A stretch of DNA of 64,000 nucleotides, from NCBI GenBank assembly GCA_017555825.1, contig JAFZFQ010000061.1, positions 9,534 to 73,533 on the forward strand, written 5' to 3'. Both the position numbers and the translations under genes were made by a program. Below, piece after piece: positions 41,764-51,182 of this stretch. The notes beneath the pieces were generated by a model that worked only from the letters and a program-made list of their open reading frames with translations, did not search any database and was not told the DNA's origin. Every line of letters starts with the position of its first letter. Positions within the stretch are counted from its first letter, which is position 1. This DNA is from Bacteroidaceae bacterium (GTDB taxonomy: Bacteria > Bacteroidota > Bacteroidia > Bacteroidales > Barnesiellaceae_A).

Positions 41764-43317
41764 TTATAGAGGAATGTTACCGTGTTTCTTGGCAGGGTTA
41801 ACGAGTTTCTTAGTGCGCAATTGCTCCAATGCACGGATGATGCGGAAGCGAGTGTTGCGGGGTTCGATAACGTCGTCGATGTAGCCGTAGCGAGCTGCGT
41901 TGTAGGGGTTGGCAAACAACTTGGTGTACTCGGCTTCTTTCTCTGCGATGTATGCTTTGGGATCGGCTTGAGCTTGTGCCTCTTTTGCGTAGAGAACGGC
42001 AGCAGCACCCGAAGCACCCATAACGGCGATTTCGGCAGTGGGCCATGCATAGTTCATGTCGCCACGGAGTTGTTTACAGCTCATCACGATGTGTGAACCA
42101 CCGTAAGACTTACGCAATGTTACAGTTACTTTGGGTACTGTAGCCTCGCCGTAAGCGTAGAGCAACTTGGCACCGTGAGAGATAACGGCGTTGTACTCTT
42201 GACCTGTACCGGGCAAGAAGCCGGGAACGTCAACGAGAGTTACCAAAGGAATGTTGAATGCGTCGCAGAAACGTACGAAGCGAGCAGCTTTGCGCGAAGC
42301 GTTGCAGTCGAGTACACCTGCGAGGTATTGAGGTTGGTTGGCAACGATACCTACCGATTGGCCGTTGAAACGAGCGAAACCGATGATGATGTTGCGTGCG
42401 AAGTCGCGTTGTACTTCGAGGAACTCACCGTTGTCGATGATAGCACCGATAACTTGGTACATGTCGTAGGGTTGGTTGGGGCTATCGGGGATGATTTCGT
42501 TGAGTGAATCTTCGAGACGGTCGATGGGGTCTTCGCAAGGAAGTACGGGAGCCTCTTCGAGGTTGTTTTGGGGAATGAAGCTGATGAGCTTGCGGATAAC
42601 TTCGAGACCTTCGTCACCTGTTTCGCATGCAAAGTGAGCCACACCCGAAGTTCTTGAGTGCATCTCGGCACCACCCAATTGCTCTTGAGTTACATCCTCG
42701 CCTGTTACAGTCTTAACAACAGCGGGACCTGTGAGGAACATGTAAGAAATCTCTTTTACCATCACGATGAAGTCGGTGAGGGCGGGAGAGTATACAGCAC
42801 CACCGGCGCAAGGACCAAAGATACCAGAGATTTGGGGTACTACACCCGATGCCATGATATTGCGTTGGAAGATTTCAGAGTAACCGGCCAATGCGTTGAT
42901 ACCCTCTTGGATACGTGCACCACCCGAGTCGTTGATACCGATAATGGGAGCACCCATCTTCATAGCCATGTCCATTACTTTGCAGATCTTCATGGCCATT
43001 TGCTCAGAGAGTGAGCCGCCAAATACGGTGAAGTCTTGTGCGAAAACGTAAACAAGACGACCTTCGATTGTACCATAACCTGTTACAACACCGTCGCCGA
43101 GGTATGATTTTTTCTCTTGACCGAAGTTGTAGCAACGGTGGCGTACAAACATGTCGATTTCTTCAAAACTACCTTCGTCGAGGAGTTGGTTGATACGCTC
43201 ACGAGCGGTGTATTTGCCACGTTCGTGTTGTTTGGCAATGGCTTTCTCACCACCACCCAAACGAGCTTCGTTGCGCAACGCAATAAGCTCTTTTACTTTT
43301 TCAAGTTGATTGCTCAT
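41764..43317 (-). CDS. mmdA: Methylmalonyl-CoA decarboxylase alpha subunit (carboxyltransferase)
   Basis: 517 aa acyl-CoA carboxyltransferase ([42 protein letters not shown]). Confidence 0.9.
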   Translation of the reverse strand: MSNQLEKVKELIALRNEARLGGGEKAIAKQHERGKYTARERINQLLDEGSFEEIDMFVRHRCYNFGQEKKSYLGDGVVTGYGTIEGRLVYVFAQDFTVFGGSLSEQMAMKICKVMDMAMKMGAPIIGINDSGGARIQEGINALAGYSEIFQRNIMASGVVPQISGIFGPCAGGAVYSPALTDFIVMVKEISYMFLTGPAVVKTVTGEDVTQEQLGGAEMHSRTSGVAHFACETGDEGLEVIRKLISFIPQNNLEEAPVLPCEDPIDRLEDSLNEIIPDSPNQPYDMYQVIGAIIDNGEFLEVQRDFARNIIIGFARFNGQSVGIVANQPQYLAGVLDCNASRKAARFVRFCDAFNIPLVTLVDVPGFLPGTGQEYNAVISHGAKLLYAYGEATVPKVTVTLRKSYGGSHIVMSCKQLRGDMNYAWPTAEIAVMGASGAAAVLYAKEAQAQADPKAYIAEKEAEYTKLFANPYNAARYGYIDDVIEPRNTRFRIIRALEQLRTKKLVNPAKKHGNIPL

Positions 43318-43323
43318 TTTGTA

Positions 43324-43737
43324 TTATTTGTTAGGATTTTCACAAAGTTCGGTTAATACGCTACCTGTTGATTTGGGGTGGAGGAAGGCGATGTTGAGGC
43401 CTTCGGCACCTTTGCGGGGAGCTTTGTCGATGAGGCGTACGCCTTTGGCTTCAACTTCGGCCAATGCGTTGGCTACACCGTCGGCTACTGCAAATGCGAG
43501 GTGGTGAATACCTTCGCCGCGCTTCTCGATAAAACCTGCGATTGTGCTCTCGGGGCATGTGGGCTCGAGCAACTCAATCTTGGTTTGACCTACTTTAAAG
43601 AAAGCGGTTCTTACTTTTTGGTCGGCTACCTCTTCGATAGAGTAGCATTTGAGACCCAAAATGTTCTCGTAGTAGGGAATAGCTTCTTCAAGGCTTTTTA
43701 CAGCTATACCCAAGTGTTCAATGTGAGAAAGTTCCAT
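43324..43737 (-). CDS. mce: Methylmalonyl-CoA epimerase (VOC family)
   Basis: 137 aa with HIEHLGIAV and GIHHLAF metal-ligand motifs. First gene of the mmd operon. Confidence 0.85.
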   Translation of the reverse strand: MELSHIEHLGIAVKSLEEAIPYYENILGLKCYSIEEVADQKVRTAFFKVGQTKIELLEPTCPESTIAGFIEKRGEGIHHLAFAVADGVANALAEVEAKGVRLIDKAPRKGAEGLNIAFLHPKSTGSVLTELCENPNK

Positions 43738-43803
43738 TGTCTATTGGTATTAAGTTAAACAGAATTTTTGGTTTGGTTGCGGGTCTGTACGACCTCTGCG
43801 ATG

Positions 43804-43811
43804 CAAAGATA
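43804..43811 (-). promoter_or_regulatory. -7 promoter box (TAtcTTTG on the minus strand) for the mmd operon
   Basis: The + strand reads CAAAGATA, about 67 nt upstream of the mce ATG at 43737. Confidence 0.45.
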
Positions 43812-43958
43812 CAATTTTATATCCGAATTATGTAAGAAATTTTTTAAAAAACACATTATAAATTACACGCCTGTGTGGGGTGTTTTTTCTATGGTGCTGA
43901 TATTGTGATTGAAGGGTGTGTTTTTGTGTGATTGCTGTGTGTTGTAAAATGCTGTTGT

Positions 43959-44813
43959 CTATGGCGCAATGCGCAATTCATAAAACCACATGCTGTCGAG
44001 TCCTTTTTCTTTGACTATGGTTCCGAAATGTTTTATATCGCTGAATATGTGTATGTTTGGATGGTTCTTGAGTAAGAATGACAAGGCGCTGTCGCCTACG
44101 ATGTGTTCAAAGTTTCTTTCGAGTATGATGAGTAGTAGTCGTGGCGTGTCGAGTAGTGTCTCGGCCGATATGGTGATGCCGTTGCTCTTGGCGGCTAATG
44201 CTACGGTGTAGTAGCTTGTGCCGTAAAAGGGCGCACGGTGGTTGTGGGTGTAGCATATTTCTCCGTATTTTTCGAGAAAGAGTATGGCGCAGTGAAATGG
44301 CGACTCGAACATCGATGTGGTGTATTGCCCCTCGAATGCTTGTGCCGGGTTGTAATAAAGACCCTGTGAGTGGGGGAGTGAGAGGGCGTAGATGCTTGCG
44401 TTTTTCTCTATGTTGCCTACTCGTTCTATTGGGTGTATTTGCGAGGGTTTGACGCCTGCTTTTTTGAAGAATAAATGTTCGTCCCAACGGTAGTTTTTGG
44501 GAGTGTGGTTGGGTGCAAAATGTTTCTCATGTGTTTGGTAAAAAGCAACCCTTTGCCATATCGGATTGTTGTAGTGATTTTCTTGCCAAAAGTTGAGGAT
44601 TTCTGTGCCGAATTTGTCGCCTGGAAGGGCGAGAAAAAAGCTCTTTTTGAGGGGGTGGTTATTCTTTTTGAGGGGACGGTTGTTGGCTCGCAGGTTGCTG
44701 GGTGTGGGAGGGCAGGGTGTGATAAAACGGGTGCTGTGTATGTGCTTGAATAGCTGTTGTGTAGCTCCTTCCAGTGCGCCTTGCTCGTTTTTGTATTCGT
44801 GTATCCAAATCAT
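43959..44813 (-). CDS. Hypothetical protein with divergent 6-phosphogluconolactonase/NagB-like motif spacing
   Basis: 284 aa. The motif order parallels Pgl, but the key motifs are substituted: FFLALPGDKFG for ALSGGSTP, WQRVAFYQTHEKHF for W..V.FF.DER.V, and FLEKYGE for LG.G.DGH. This is inference from remembered family motifs. Confidence 0.35.
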   Translation of the reverse strand: MIWIHEYKNEQGALEGATQQLFKHIHSTRFITPCPPTPSNLRANNRPLKKNNHPLKKSFFLALPGDKFGTEILNFWQENHYNNPIWQRVAFYQTHEKHFAPNHTPKNYRWDEHLFFKKAGVKPSQIHPIERVGNIEKNASIYALSLPHSQGLYYNPAQAFEGQYTTSMFESPFHCAILFLEKYGEICYTHNHRAPFYGTSYYTVALAAKSNGITISAETLLDTPRLLLIILERNFEHIVGDSALSFLLKNHPNIHIFSDIKHFGTIVKEKGLDSMWFYELRIAP

Positions 44814-45286
44814 GATAAAAAGTGTTAAATATTGATATTATTCTCTCTGCCTATATAAACACTTTTGAGTGCCCGATTGTTCCATTGCGATGTCGAAAAA
44901 AACATCGACTTTATATGCCTGCTTTTCTTGACATATAAAGCCGATGCTTCTTACAATCATATAACCTAATATTCCAACTGTGTAGCGTTGCGGTCTGTGA
45001 GTTTTCGCATCACGCGTGTGCCATTCCAAACCGATGTAATCGCTTGCCGAAGCATCTCGATTATCACAGTGCAAAGATAGGGGTGTGTGGGGTGCTTGTG
45101 CAATAGCAGAAAGTGGCTATTTTGGGGTCTTTTACTACCTAAAAATGATTATTCGCTGTGTTGTGTGTGGTTTTGTGCATTTTCTTGCTCTGTTTCCTTA
45201 ATTCGCTGACACTCGCATGTTTATACTGTTGATAATTTCTTTGAAAAATCTTCTATTATTATTGTGTAAAAGCTAATAAAAATTAG

Positions 45287-45294
45287 TATTTTTG
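45287..45294 (+). promoter_or_regulatory. -7 promoter box (TAttTTTG) for purH
   Basis: TAnnTTTG match 26 nt upstream of the ATG at 45321. Confidence 0.45.
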
Positions 45295-45320
45295 CCGACA
45301 CATAACGAAAAAACAAAGTA

Positions 45321-46844
45321 ATGACAACAGAGAAGAAAATTAAGACCGCGTTAGTGTCGGTTTTTCATAAAGATGGTCTTGATGATATTATCAAGATGTT
45401 GCATGCCGATGGTGTAGAGTTCCTCTCAACCGGTGGTACGCAGTCGTTTATAGAATCGTTGGGTATTCCCTGCAATGCGGTGGAAGACCTTACCGGTTAT
45501 CCCTCTATTTTGGGTGGTCGTGTAAAGACCTTGCACCCCAAAGTGTTTGGTGGTATTCTCAATCGTCGCGATAATGAGACCGACGCTGCTCAAATTGCCG
45601 AATATGAAATTCCCTCGATAGACTTGGTGATTGTAGACTTGTATCCCTTTGAGCAAACAGTTGCTTCGGGTGCCGATGAGGCTGCCATTATCGAGAAAAT
45701 CGATATAGGTGGTATCTCACTCATTCGTGCCGCTGCCAAGAACTTCAACGATGTGGCAATTGTTGCATCGAAAGGTCAATATGGTATATTGCTCGATATT
45801 CTCAAACGCAACGGTGCCAAGACAACGCTCGAAGATCGCCGTTTGTTGGCTCGTGAGGCATTTGCTGTTTCATCGGGTTATGATGGTGCTATATTCAACT
45901 ATTTCGACGGCGCTGAGGGCTCTACTTTCCGCGCTGCAGTCAATGGCAAGAAGTCATTGCGCTATGGTGAGAATCCTCACCAACAAGGCGCTTTCTATGG
46001 CGACTTTGACGCAATGTTTGAGCAACTTCATGGTAAGGAGATTTCATACAACAACTTGCTCGACATCGATGCTGCTGTATCGTTGATAGCCGAGTTTGAC
46101 GAGACTACATTTGCAGTGCTCAAGCACAACAATGCATGTGGTATTGCTTCGCGCGACACTATTCTCGATGCATGGACTGCCGCTCTCGAGTGTGATCCTG
46201 TGTCGGCATTTGGTGGTGTGCTCATTGCCAACCGACCCATCGACTTGGCTACTGCCGAGGAGGTAAACAAGATTTTCTTCGAAGTAATCATTGCTCCCGA
46301 GTATGCACCCGAGGCATTGGAAGTGTTGAAACAAAAGAAAAACCGCATCATCCTTGTGCAAAAGCAACCCAATACCACAACCAAGCAATATCGCTCGTTG
46401 TTGGGTGGCGTGTTGGTACAAGATCGTGACCTGCACACAGAGCAACCCGCCGAGTTGCGTCAAGCTACCGACCGTGCTGTCGAGGCCGATCGCATTGCCG
46501 ACTTGCTCTTTGCCAATAAGATTGTGAAGCATAGCAAATCAAACGCCATCGTTCTTGCCAAGAACCGTCAGCTTTGTGCCAGCGGTGTGGGTCAAACATC
46601 GCGCGTTGATGCCTTGCGTCAGGCTATCGAGAAGGCTCACTCGTTCAACTTCGACCTCAATGGTGCTGTGATGGCCTCAGATGCCTTCTTCCCCTTTGCC
46701 GACTGTGTAGAGATTGCACACAAAGCCGGTGTTGATGCAGTGATACAACCCGGTGGCTCGGTGCGCGACCAAGAGACTATCGACTATTGCAATGCCAACA
46801 ATATTGCGATGGTAATGACAGGCATTCGCCACTTCAAACATTAA
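45321..46844 (+). CDS. purH: Bifunctional AICAR transformylase / IMP cyclohydrolase
   Basis: 507 aa. Contains [19 protein letters not shown], and [10 protein letters not shown] ... IQPGGSVRD. Confidence 0.95.
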   Translation: MTTEKKIKTALVSVFHKDGLDDIIKMLHADGVEFLSTGGTQSFIESLGIPCNAVEDLTGYPSILGGRVKTLHPKVFGGILNRRDNETDAAQIAEYEIPSIDLVIVDLYPFEQTVASGADEAAIIEKIDIGGISLIRAAAKNFNDVAIVASKGQYGILLDILKRNGAKTTLEDRRLLAREAFAVSSGYDGAIFNYFDGAEGSTFRAAVNGKKSLRYGENPHQQGAFYGDFDAMFEQLHGKEISYNNLLDIDAAVSLIAEFDETTFAVLKHNNACGIASRDTILDAWTAALECDPVSAFGGVLIANRPIDLATAEEVNKIFFEVIIAPEYAPEALEVLKQKKNRIILVQKQPNTTTKQYRSLLGGVLVQDRDLHTEQPAELRQATDRAVEADRIADLLFANKIVKHSKSNAIVLAKNRQLCASGVGQTSRVDALRQAIEKAHSFNFDLNGAVMASDAFFPFADCVEIAHKAGVDAVIQPGGSVRDQETIDYCNANNIAMVMTGIRHFKH

Positions 46845-46870
46845 AAAATTAACCCTTAAAAAAAGACAAG

Positions 46871-47890
46871 ATGGGATTTTTCTCATTAACACAAGAAATA
46901 GCAGTCGACCTCGGTACGGCCAATACCATTATCATTCACGATGATAAGATTGTGGTAGATGAGCCCTCGGTGGTGGCGCTTGAAAAAAAGACCGAAAAAC
47001 TCGTAGCTGTGGGTGAGAAGGCTCGCCAAATGCACGAAAAAACAAGTCCTAATATCACAACTATTCGCCCTCTGCGCGACGGTGTTATTGCCGACTTCTA
47101 TGCTGCCGAGCAAATGATACGCGGTATGGTGAAGATGGTAAATCCTCAACGCCGTTGGTTTACACCCTCATTGCGCAGGGTTGTATGTATCCCTTCGGGT
47201 AGTACCGAGGTGGAGATACGTGCGGTGCGCGACTCGGCCGAGCATGCCGGTGGTCGTGACGTATATATGATCTATGAGCCCATGGCTGCAGCCATCGGTA
47301 TAGGTATTGACGTGACAGCCCCCGAGGGTAACATGATTGTAGATATAGGTGGTGGTAGTACCGAGATTGCCGTTATATCATTGGGTGGTATTGTATCCAA
47401 CAAGTCTATCCGTATTGCCGGTGATGACCTTACAGCCGATATTCAAGAATACATGCGTCGTCAACACAACGTGCGCATCGGTGAGCGTACAGCCGAGTTG
47501 ATTAAGATCAACGTAGGTTCGGCTCTTACCGAGTTGGCCGATCCCCCCGAAGACTACATCGTGCACGGTCCCAACCAGATGACAGCATTGCCTATGGAGA
47601 TACCTGTGTCATATCAAGAGGTGTCGCACTGTATCGAGAAGTCTATCTCGAAAATTGAAGCGGCAGTACTCAGCGCTTTGGAGCAAACTCCTCCTGAGTT
47701 GTATGCCGACTTGGTGCGCAATGGTATCTACTTGGCCGGTGGTGGTGCCTTGTTGCGCGGACTCGACAAGCGCTTGACCGACAAGATTGGTATTACGTTC
47801 CACATCGCCGACGATCCCTTGCACGCTGTGGCAAAGGGTACAGGTGTGGCACTGAAGAATATCGACGAATTTAACTTCTTGATTCGATAA
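46871..47890 (+). CDS. mreB: Rod shape-determining protein MreB
   Basis: Actin-fold motifs AVDLGTANT, DIGGGSTEIAV and LAGGGALLRGLD. Confidence 0.95.
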   Translation: MGFFSLTQEIAVDLGTANTIIIHDDKIVVDEPSVVALEKKTEKLVAVGEKARQMHEKTSPNITTIRPLRDGVIADFYAAEQMIRGMVKMVNPQRRWFTPSLRRVVCIPSGSTEVEIRAVRDSAEHAGGRDVYMIYEPMAAAIGIGIDVTAPEGNMIVDIGGGSTEIAVISLGGIVSNKSIRIAGDDLTADIQEYMRRQHNVRIGERTAELIKINVGSALTELADPPEDYIVHGPNQMTALPMEIPVSYQEVSHCIEKSISKIEAAVLSALEQTPPELYADLVRNGIYLAGGGALLRGLDKRLTDKIGITFHIADDPLHAVAKGTGVALKNIDEFNFLIR

Positions 47891-47911
47891 TAAACTGCTT
47901 GAATATTACCC

Positions 47912-47947
47912 CGAGTTACACACTTCGTGCTGAAGTTGTGTAACTCG
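47912..47947 (+). promoter_or_regulatory. Strong intercistronic hairpin between mreB and mreC
   Basis: CGAGTTACACACTTC pairs with GAAGTTGTGTAACTCG (15 bp with one bulge, 5-nt loop). No T-run follows. Confidence 0.4.
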
Positions 47948-47975
47948 TTGCGGTAAAATAAAGAACGACTACTCG

Positions 47976-48821
47976 ATGCGCAACCTTATAGACTTTCTCA
48001 TCAAGCATCATGCATGGATATTTTTTATATTCTATGTGGCGATGAGCTGTATCCTGTTATTCTCGTCCAACCCCTACCAACGCAGTGTCTTCTTTGGCTC
48101 GTCCAATCGTGTTGTGGCACAAGTGTATGAGACTACCAATGCTGTGTCGGGCTACTTTGGGCTACGCAAGGCCAATGAGGAGTTGCTGATGCAGAATGGT
48201 GAGCTTGCGATGGAAAACTTGCAGTTGCGCCGTCAGTTGCAGCGATATAGCTATGCCGCAGCGGCCGACTCTCTTGCTCAGAGCGATCCCATGTTGCAGC
48301 AGTATGACTTCGTGTTGGCCCGTGTCATAAACAATAGTGTGAGTCACTTAGAGAATTATATAACTCTTGATAAGGGTAGTGCCGACGGTGTAGAACCCGA
48401 AATGGCGGTGGTCGACCATGGAGGTATTGTGGGTATTGTCAATGTGGTCAATGAGCACAACTCTGTGGCTATATCGGTGCTTAATACCAAGTTGCACGTA
48501 AGTTGCAAGGTGAAGGGTACCGACTGCTTTGGCTCGCTGGTGTGGGATGGTCGCAGTGCGGCATACGCAGTGCTTGAAGAGATGCCCCGTCACGTAGAGT
48601 TTGTTCCTGGCGATACAATTGTTACAAGTGGATTCTCGGCAGTATTTCCCGATGGTGTAATGGTGGGTACTATACACGACTATGCCAAGCAAAAGGATGA
48701 TAACTTCTATGCTATGCAAGTAAAACTCTCTACCGACTTTGCTCGATTGGGAGCAGTGCGCATTATTAAAAATTATACACAAGACCAACAACAATTGTTG
48801 GAGAAGGAGGCGCGTAAATGA
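47976..48821 (+). CDS. mreC: Rod shape-determining protein MreC
   Basis: N-terminal TM helix, a coiled coil (ENLQLRRQLQ), and a beta-rich C-terminus (GIVGIV...TSG..FPDGV.VG). Located between mreB and mreD. Confidence 0.85.
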   Translation: MRNLIDFLIKHHAWIFFIFYVAMSCILLFSSNPYQRSVFFGSSNRVVAQVYETTNAVSGYFGLRKANEELLMQNGELAMENLQLRRQLQRYSYAAAADSLAQSDPMLQQYDFVLARVINNSVSHLENYITLDKGSADGVEPEMAVVDHGGIVGIVNVVNEHNSVAISVLNTKLHVSCKVKGTDCFGSLVWDGRSAAYAVLEEMPRHVEFVPGDTIVTSGFSAVFPDGVMVGTIHDYAKQKDDNFYAMQVKLSTDFARLGAVRIIKNYTQDQQQLLEKEARK

Positions 48822-49336
48822 ACATCAATCTGCTACGTGAAATAGGCATTGCACTGCTTTTTGTTTTGTTGCAGGCAGTGGTATTCAATCAGATACATCT
48901 CTTTGGTATAGCTGTTCCATTGGTATTCATATACGTCATCTTTCGTATGCCATTGTCGCTATCTACAGCCTGGCTGCTCACAGTCTCGTTCTTCTTGGGG
49001 TTGGCGGTAGATATTTTCAGCAATACGCCTGGTATGAATGCGTTGGCATGTACGGTTTTTGCCTTCTTGCGTCGTCCGGTGTTGTCTCTCTATCTGCCCC
49101 ATGGTAGCGATTATGTGGCCGAGATACCCTCTATACGAGGCTTTGGTATGTGGCTCTATGTGCGCTATGCGCTCACGCTATCGCTACTCTATTGCGTGTT
49201 GCTGTTCTCTATCGAGTCGCTCTCGTTGTTCGACTTTCCCTATCTGCTCATGCGCATTGTGGGCAGTACGTTGCTTACGTTTGTACTTATTCTCTGTATA
49301 GATAGCTTGAGTCAAGGTCGTGAGAAAAGATTATAA
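48818..49336 (+). CDS. mreD: Rod shape-determining protein MreD
   Basis: 172-aa polytopic membrane protein. ATGA overlap with mreC. Call rests on position in the mre operon. Confidence 0.7.
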   Translation: MNINLLREIGIALLFVLLQAVVFNQIHLFGIAVPLVFIYVIFRMPLSLSTAWLLTVSFFLGLAVDIFSNTPGMNALACTVFAFLRRPVLSLYLPHGSDYVAEIPSIRGFGMWLYVRYALTLSLLYCVLLFSIESLSLFDFPYLLMRIVGSTLLTFVLILCIDSLSQGREKRL

Positions 49337-51182
49337 TCTTGAGAAACGAAAATATGTTATAGCCGCCGCTCTTGTAGCAATAGTGGCTATCTATGTCATA
49401 CGCCTATTCTCGTTGCAGGTGGGCGACAATGACTATAAGCGATTTGCCGACAGCAATGCTTTTCAACGCAAGGTGCTCTATCCGTCGCGTGGTTTTATCT
49501 ATGATCGCGATGGCGAGTTGTTGGTGTATAACCAGCCGGCCTATGATGTGATGATGATACCGCGCGAAATGCGCAGTCTCGATACACTCGACTTTTGTAA
49601 TACCCTGGGCATTAGTGTCGAGCAGTTTGAGCGCTATATAGCCGATATGAAAGACCGTCGCAAAAATCCCGGTTACTCTACCTACACACCACAGGTCTTT
49701 ATGACACAACTTTCGGCGCGAGATTATGGTCGATTGCAAGAGAAGCTATATCGCTATCCCGGTGTATATATTCAAAATCGTGTGCTACGCGAGTATAGTC
49801 GTCCCATTGCTGCCAATGTGTTGGGCAATATTCGCGAGGTGTCGCCCTCTGATATTGAGCGTGACGACTACTACCGTCGAGGCGACTATACCGGTGACTT
49901 GGGTGTTGAAAAATCGTATGAAGATGTGTTGCGTGGCGTGAAGGGCGAGGAGATACTCTTGCGCGATGCACACGGCCGCATTAAGGGCAAGTATGAAGAT
50001 GGCCGCTACGATGTGCAACCCGTGTCGGGTCGTAACATTACCCTCTCGATCGATGCCGACTTGCAAGCCTATGGCGAGAAGTTGATGCAGAATAAGACCG
50101 GTGCTATTGTCGCCATTGAGCCCTCTACCGGCGAGATATTGGCTCTTGTGTCGAGCCCTACCTACGACCCTTCGATGTTGGTGGGTCGCGAGCGTGGTAA
50201 GAACTATGCACGACTTACGCGCGACCCGGGCAACCCGCTCTACGACCGTGCTATCATGGCGGTATATCCTCCCGGTTCTACCTTCAAGCCCACGCAAGGA
50301 CTCATCTTGTTGGAGGAGGGGATTATTACGCCCAATACGCACTATCCCTGTACAGGTGGTTTTGTGGTGGGAGGTTTGCGTGTGGGTTGTCACGCGCATG
50401 CCGCTCCGTTGCCATTGATACCTTCGCTGGCAACCTCGTGCAATGCCTATTATTGCTATGGATTGCGCTCGATGCTCGACAATCGTAGCCTTTATGAGAG
50501 CACATCCGAGGCGTTTGAGATATGGAAAAATCACCTCGTTTCGATGGGCTATGGATATAAATTGGGCATAGACTTGCCTGGCGAGAAGCGTGGCTTCTTG
50601 CCCAATAGTGCCTATTATGATAAGTTCTACGGCAAGAATCGTTGGAAAGCCCTCACGATTATCTCTATTGCCATAGGCCAGGGTGAGATATTGGCAACAC
50701 CATTGCAGATAGCCAACCTTGCTGCTACGGTAGCCAACAGAGGTTATTTCTATACACCGCACGTAGTGAAGTCTATACAAGATAGCGTGATAGATACAAC
50801 CTACACGGTGCGTCGCTATCCGACAATCGATGCAGTGCACTATGATGCCATCGTAGAGGGTATGCGCAAGGCTGTGACCGAAGGTACTTGTCGCACGGCC
50901 AACTTGCCCGATATAGAGGTGTGTGGCAAGACGGGAACGGCACAAAATCCTCACGGACGCGACCACTCGGCATTCATGGGATTTGCGCCCATGGACAAGC
51001 CTCAGATTGCTATTGCTGTGTATGTCGAGAATGCCGGCTTTGGTGCAACATACGGTGTGCCTATAGGTAGCCTCATGATGGAGTATTACCTCAAAGGTGA
51101 GATTACCGACCCTGCTCGCAAGGATTTGGAGCAAAGAATGTTTAACTCGAAAGTTGTAGGAAACAGTGGCAAGAAACGTTGA
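49320..51182 (+). CDS. mrdA: Penicillin-binding protein 2 (elongasome transpeptidase)
   Basis: Motifs STFKP (SxxK), SCN (SxN) and KTGTA (KTG). GTG start that overlaps mreD by 17 nt. Confidence 0.9.
   Translation: MRKDYNLEKRKYVIAAALVAIVAIYVIRLFSLQVGDNDYKRFADSNAFQRKVLYPSRGFIYDRDGELLVYNQPAYDVMMIPREMRSLDTLDFCNTLGISVEQFERYIADMKDRRKNPGYSTYTPQVFMTQLSARDYGRLQEKLYRYPGVYIQNRVLREYSRPIAANVLGNIREVSPSDIERDDYYRRGDYTGDLGVEKSYEDVLRGVKGEEILLRDAHGRIKGKYEDGRYDVQPVSGRNITLSIDADLQAYGEKLMQNKTGAIVAIEPSTGEILALVSSPTYDPSMLVGRERGKNYARLTRDPGNPLYDRAIMAVYPPGSTFKPTQGLILLEEGIITPNTHYPCTGGFVVGGLRVGCHAHAAPLPLIPSLATSCNAYYCYGLRSMLDNRSLYESTSEAFEIWKNHLVSMGYGYKLGIDLPGEKRGFLPNSAYYDKFYGKNRWKALTIISIAIGQGEILATPLQIANLAATVANRGYFYTPHVVKSIQDSVIDTTYTVRRYPTIDAVHYDAIVEGMRKAVTEGTCRTANLPDIEVCGKTGTAQNPHGRDHSAFMGFAPMDKPQIAIAVYVENAGFGATYGVPIGSLMMEYYLKGEITDPARKDLEQRMFNSKVVGNSGKKR

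Noticed and set aside
41757-42050. Small overlapping ORFs in alternative frames within mmdA, oadB, the wzc region and similar genes
   Set aside because: They are nested in or antisense to genes with clear family identity, and there is no independent evidence for them.
44838-45074. ORF of 78 aa (-) in the spacer upstream of purH
   Set aside because: It has a TTG start embedded in a promoter-like box and no recognisable domain. It is probably non-coding leader or spacer sequence.
43872-45094. Perfect 11-bp direct repeat TGTGTGGGGTG (43872-43882 and 45084-45094) flanking the Pgl-like gene, considered as target-site duplication or att sites
   Set aside because: Hundreds of 11-mer coincidences are expected by chance in a 64-kb window. 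Both flanks are generally GT-rich, and no integrase or transposase lies between the repeats.
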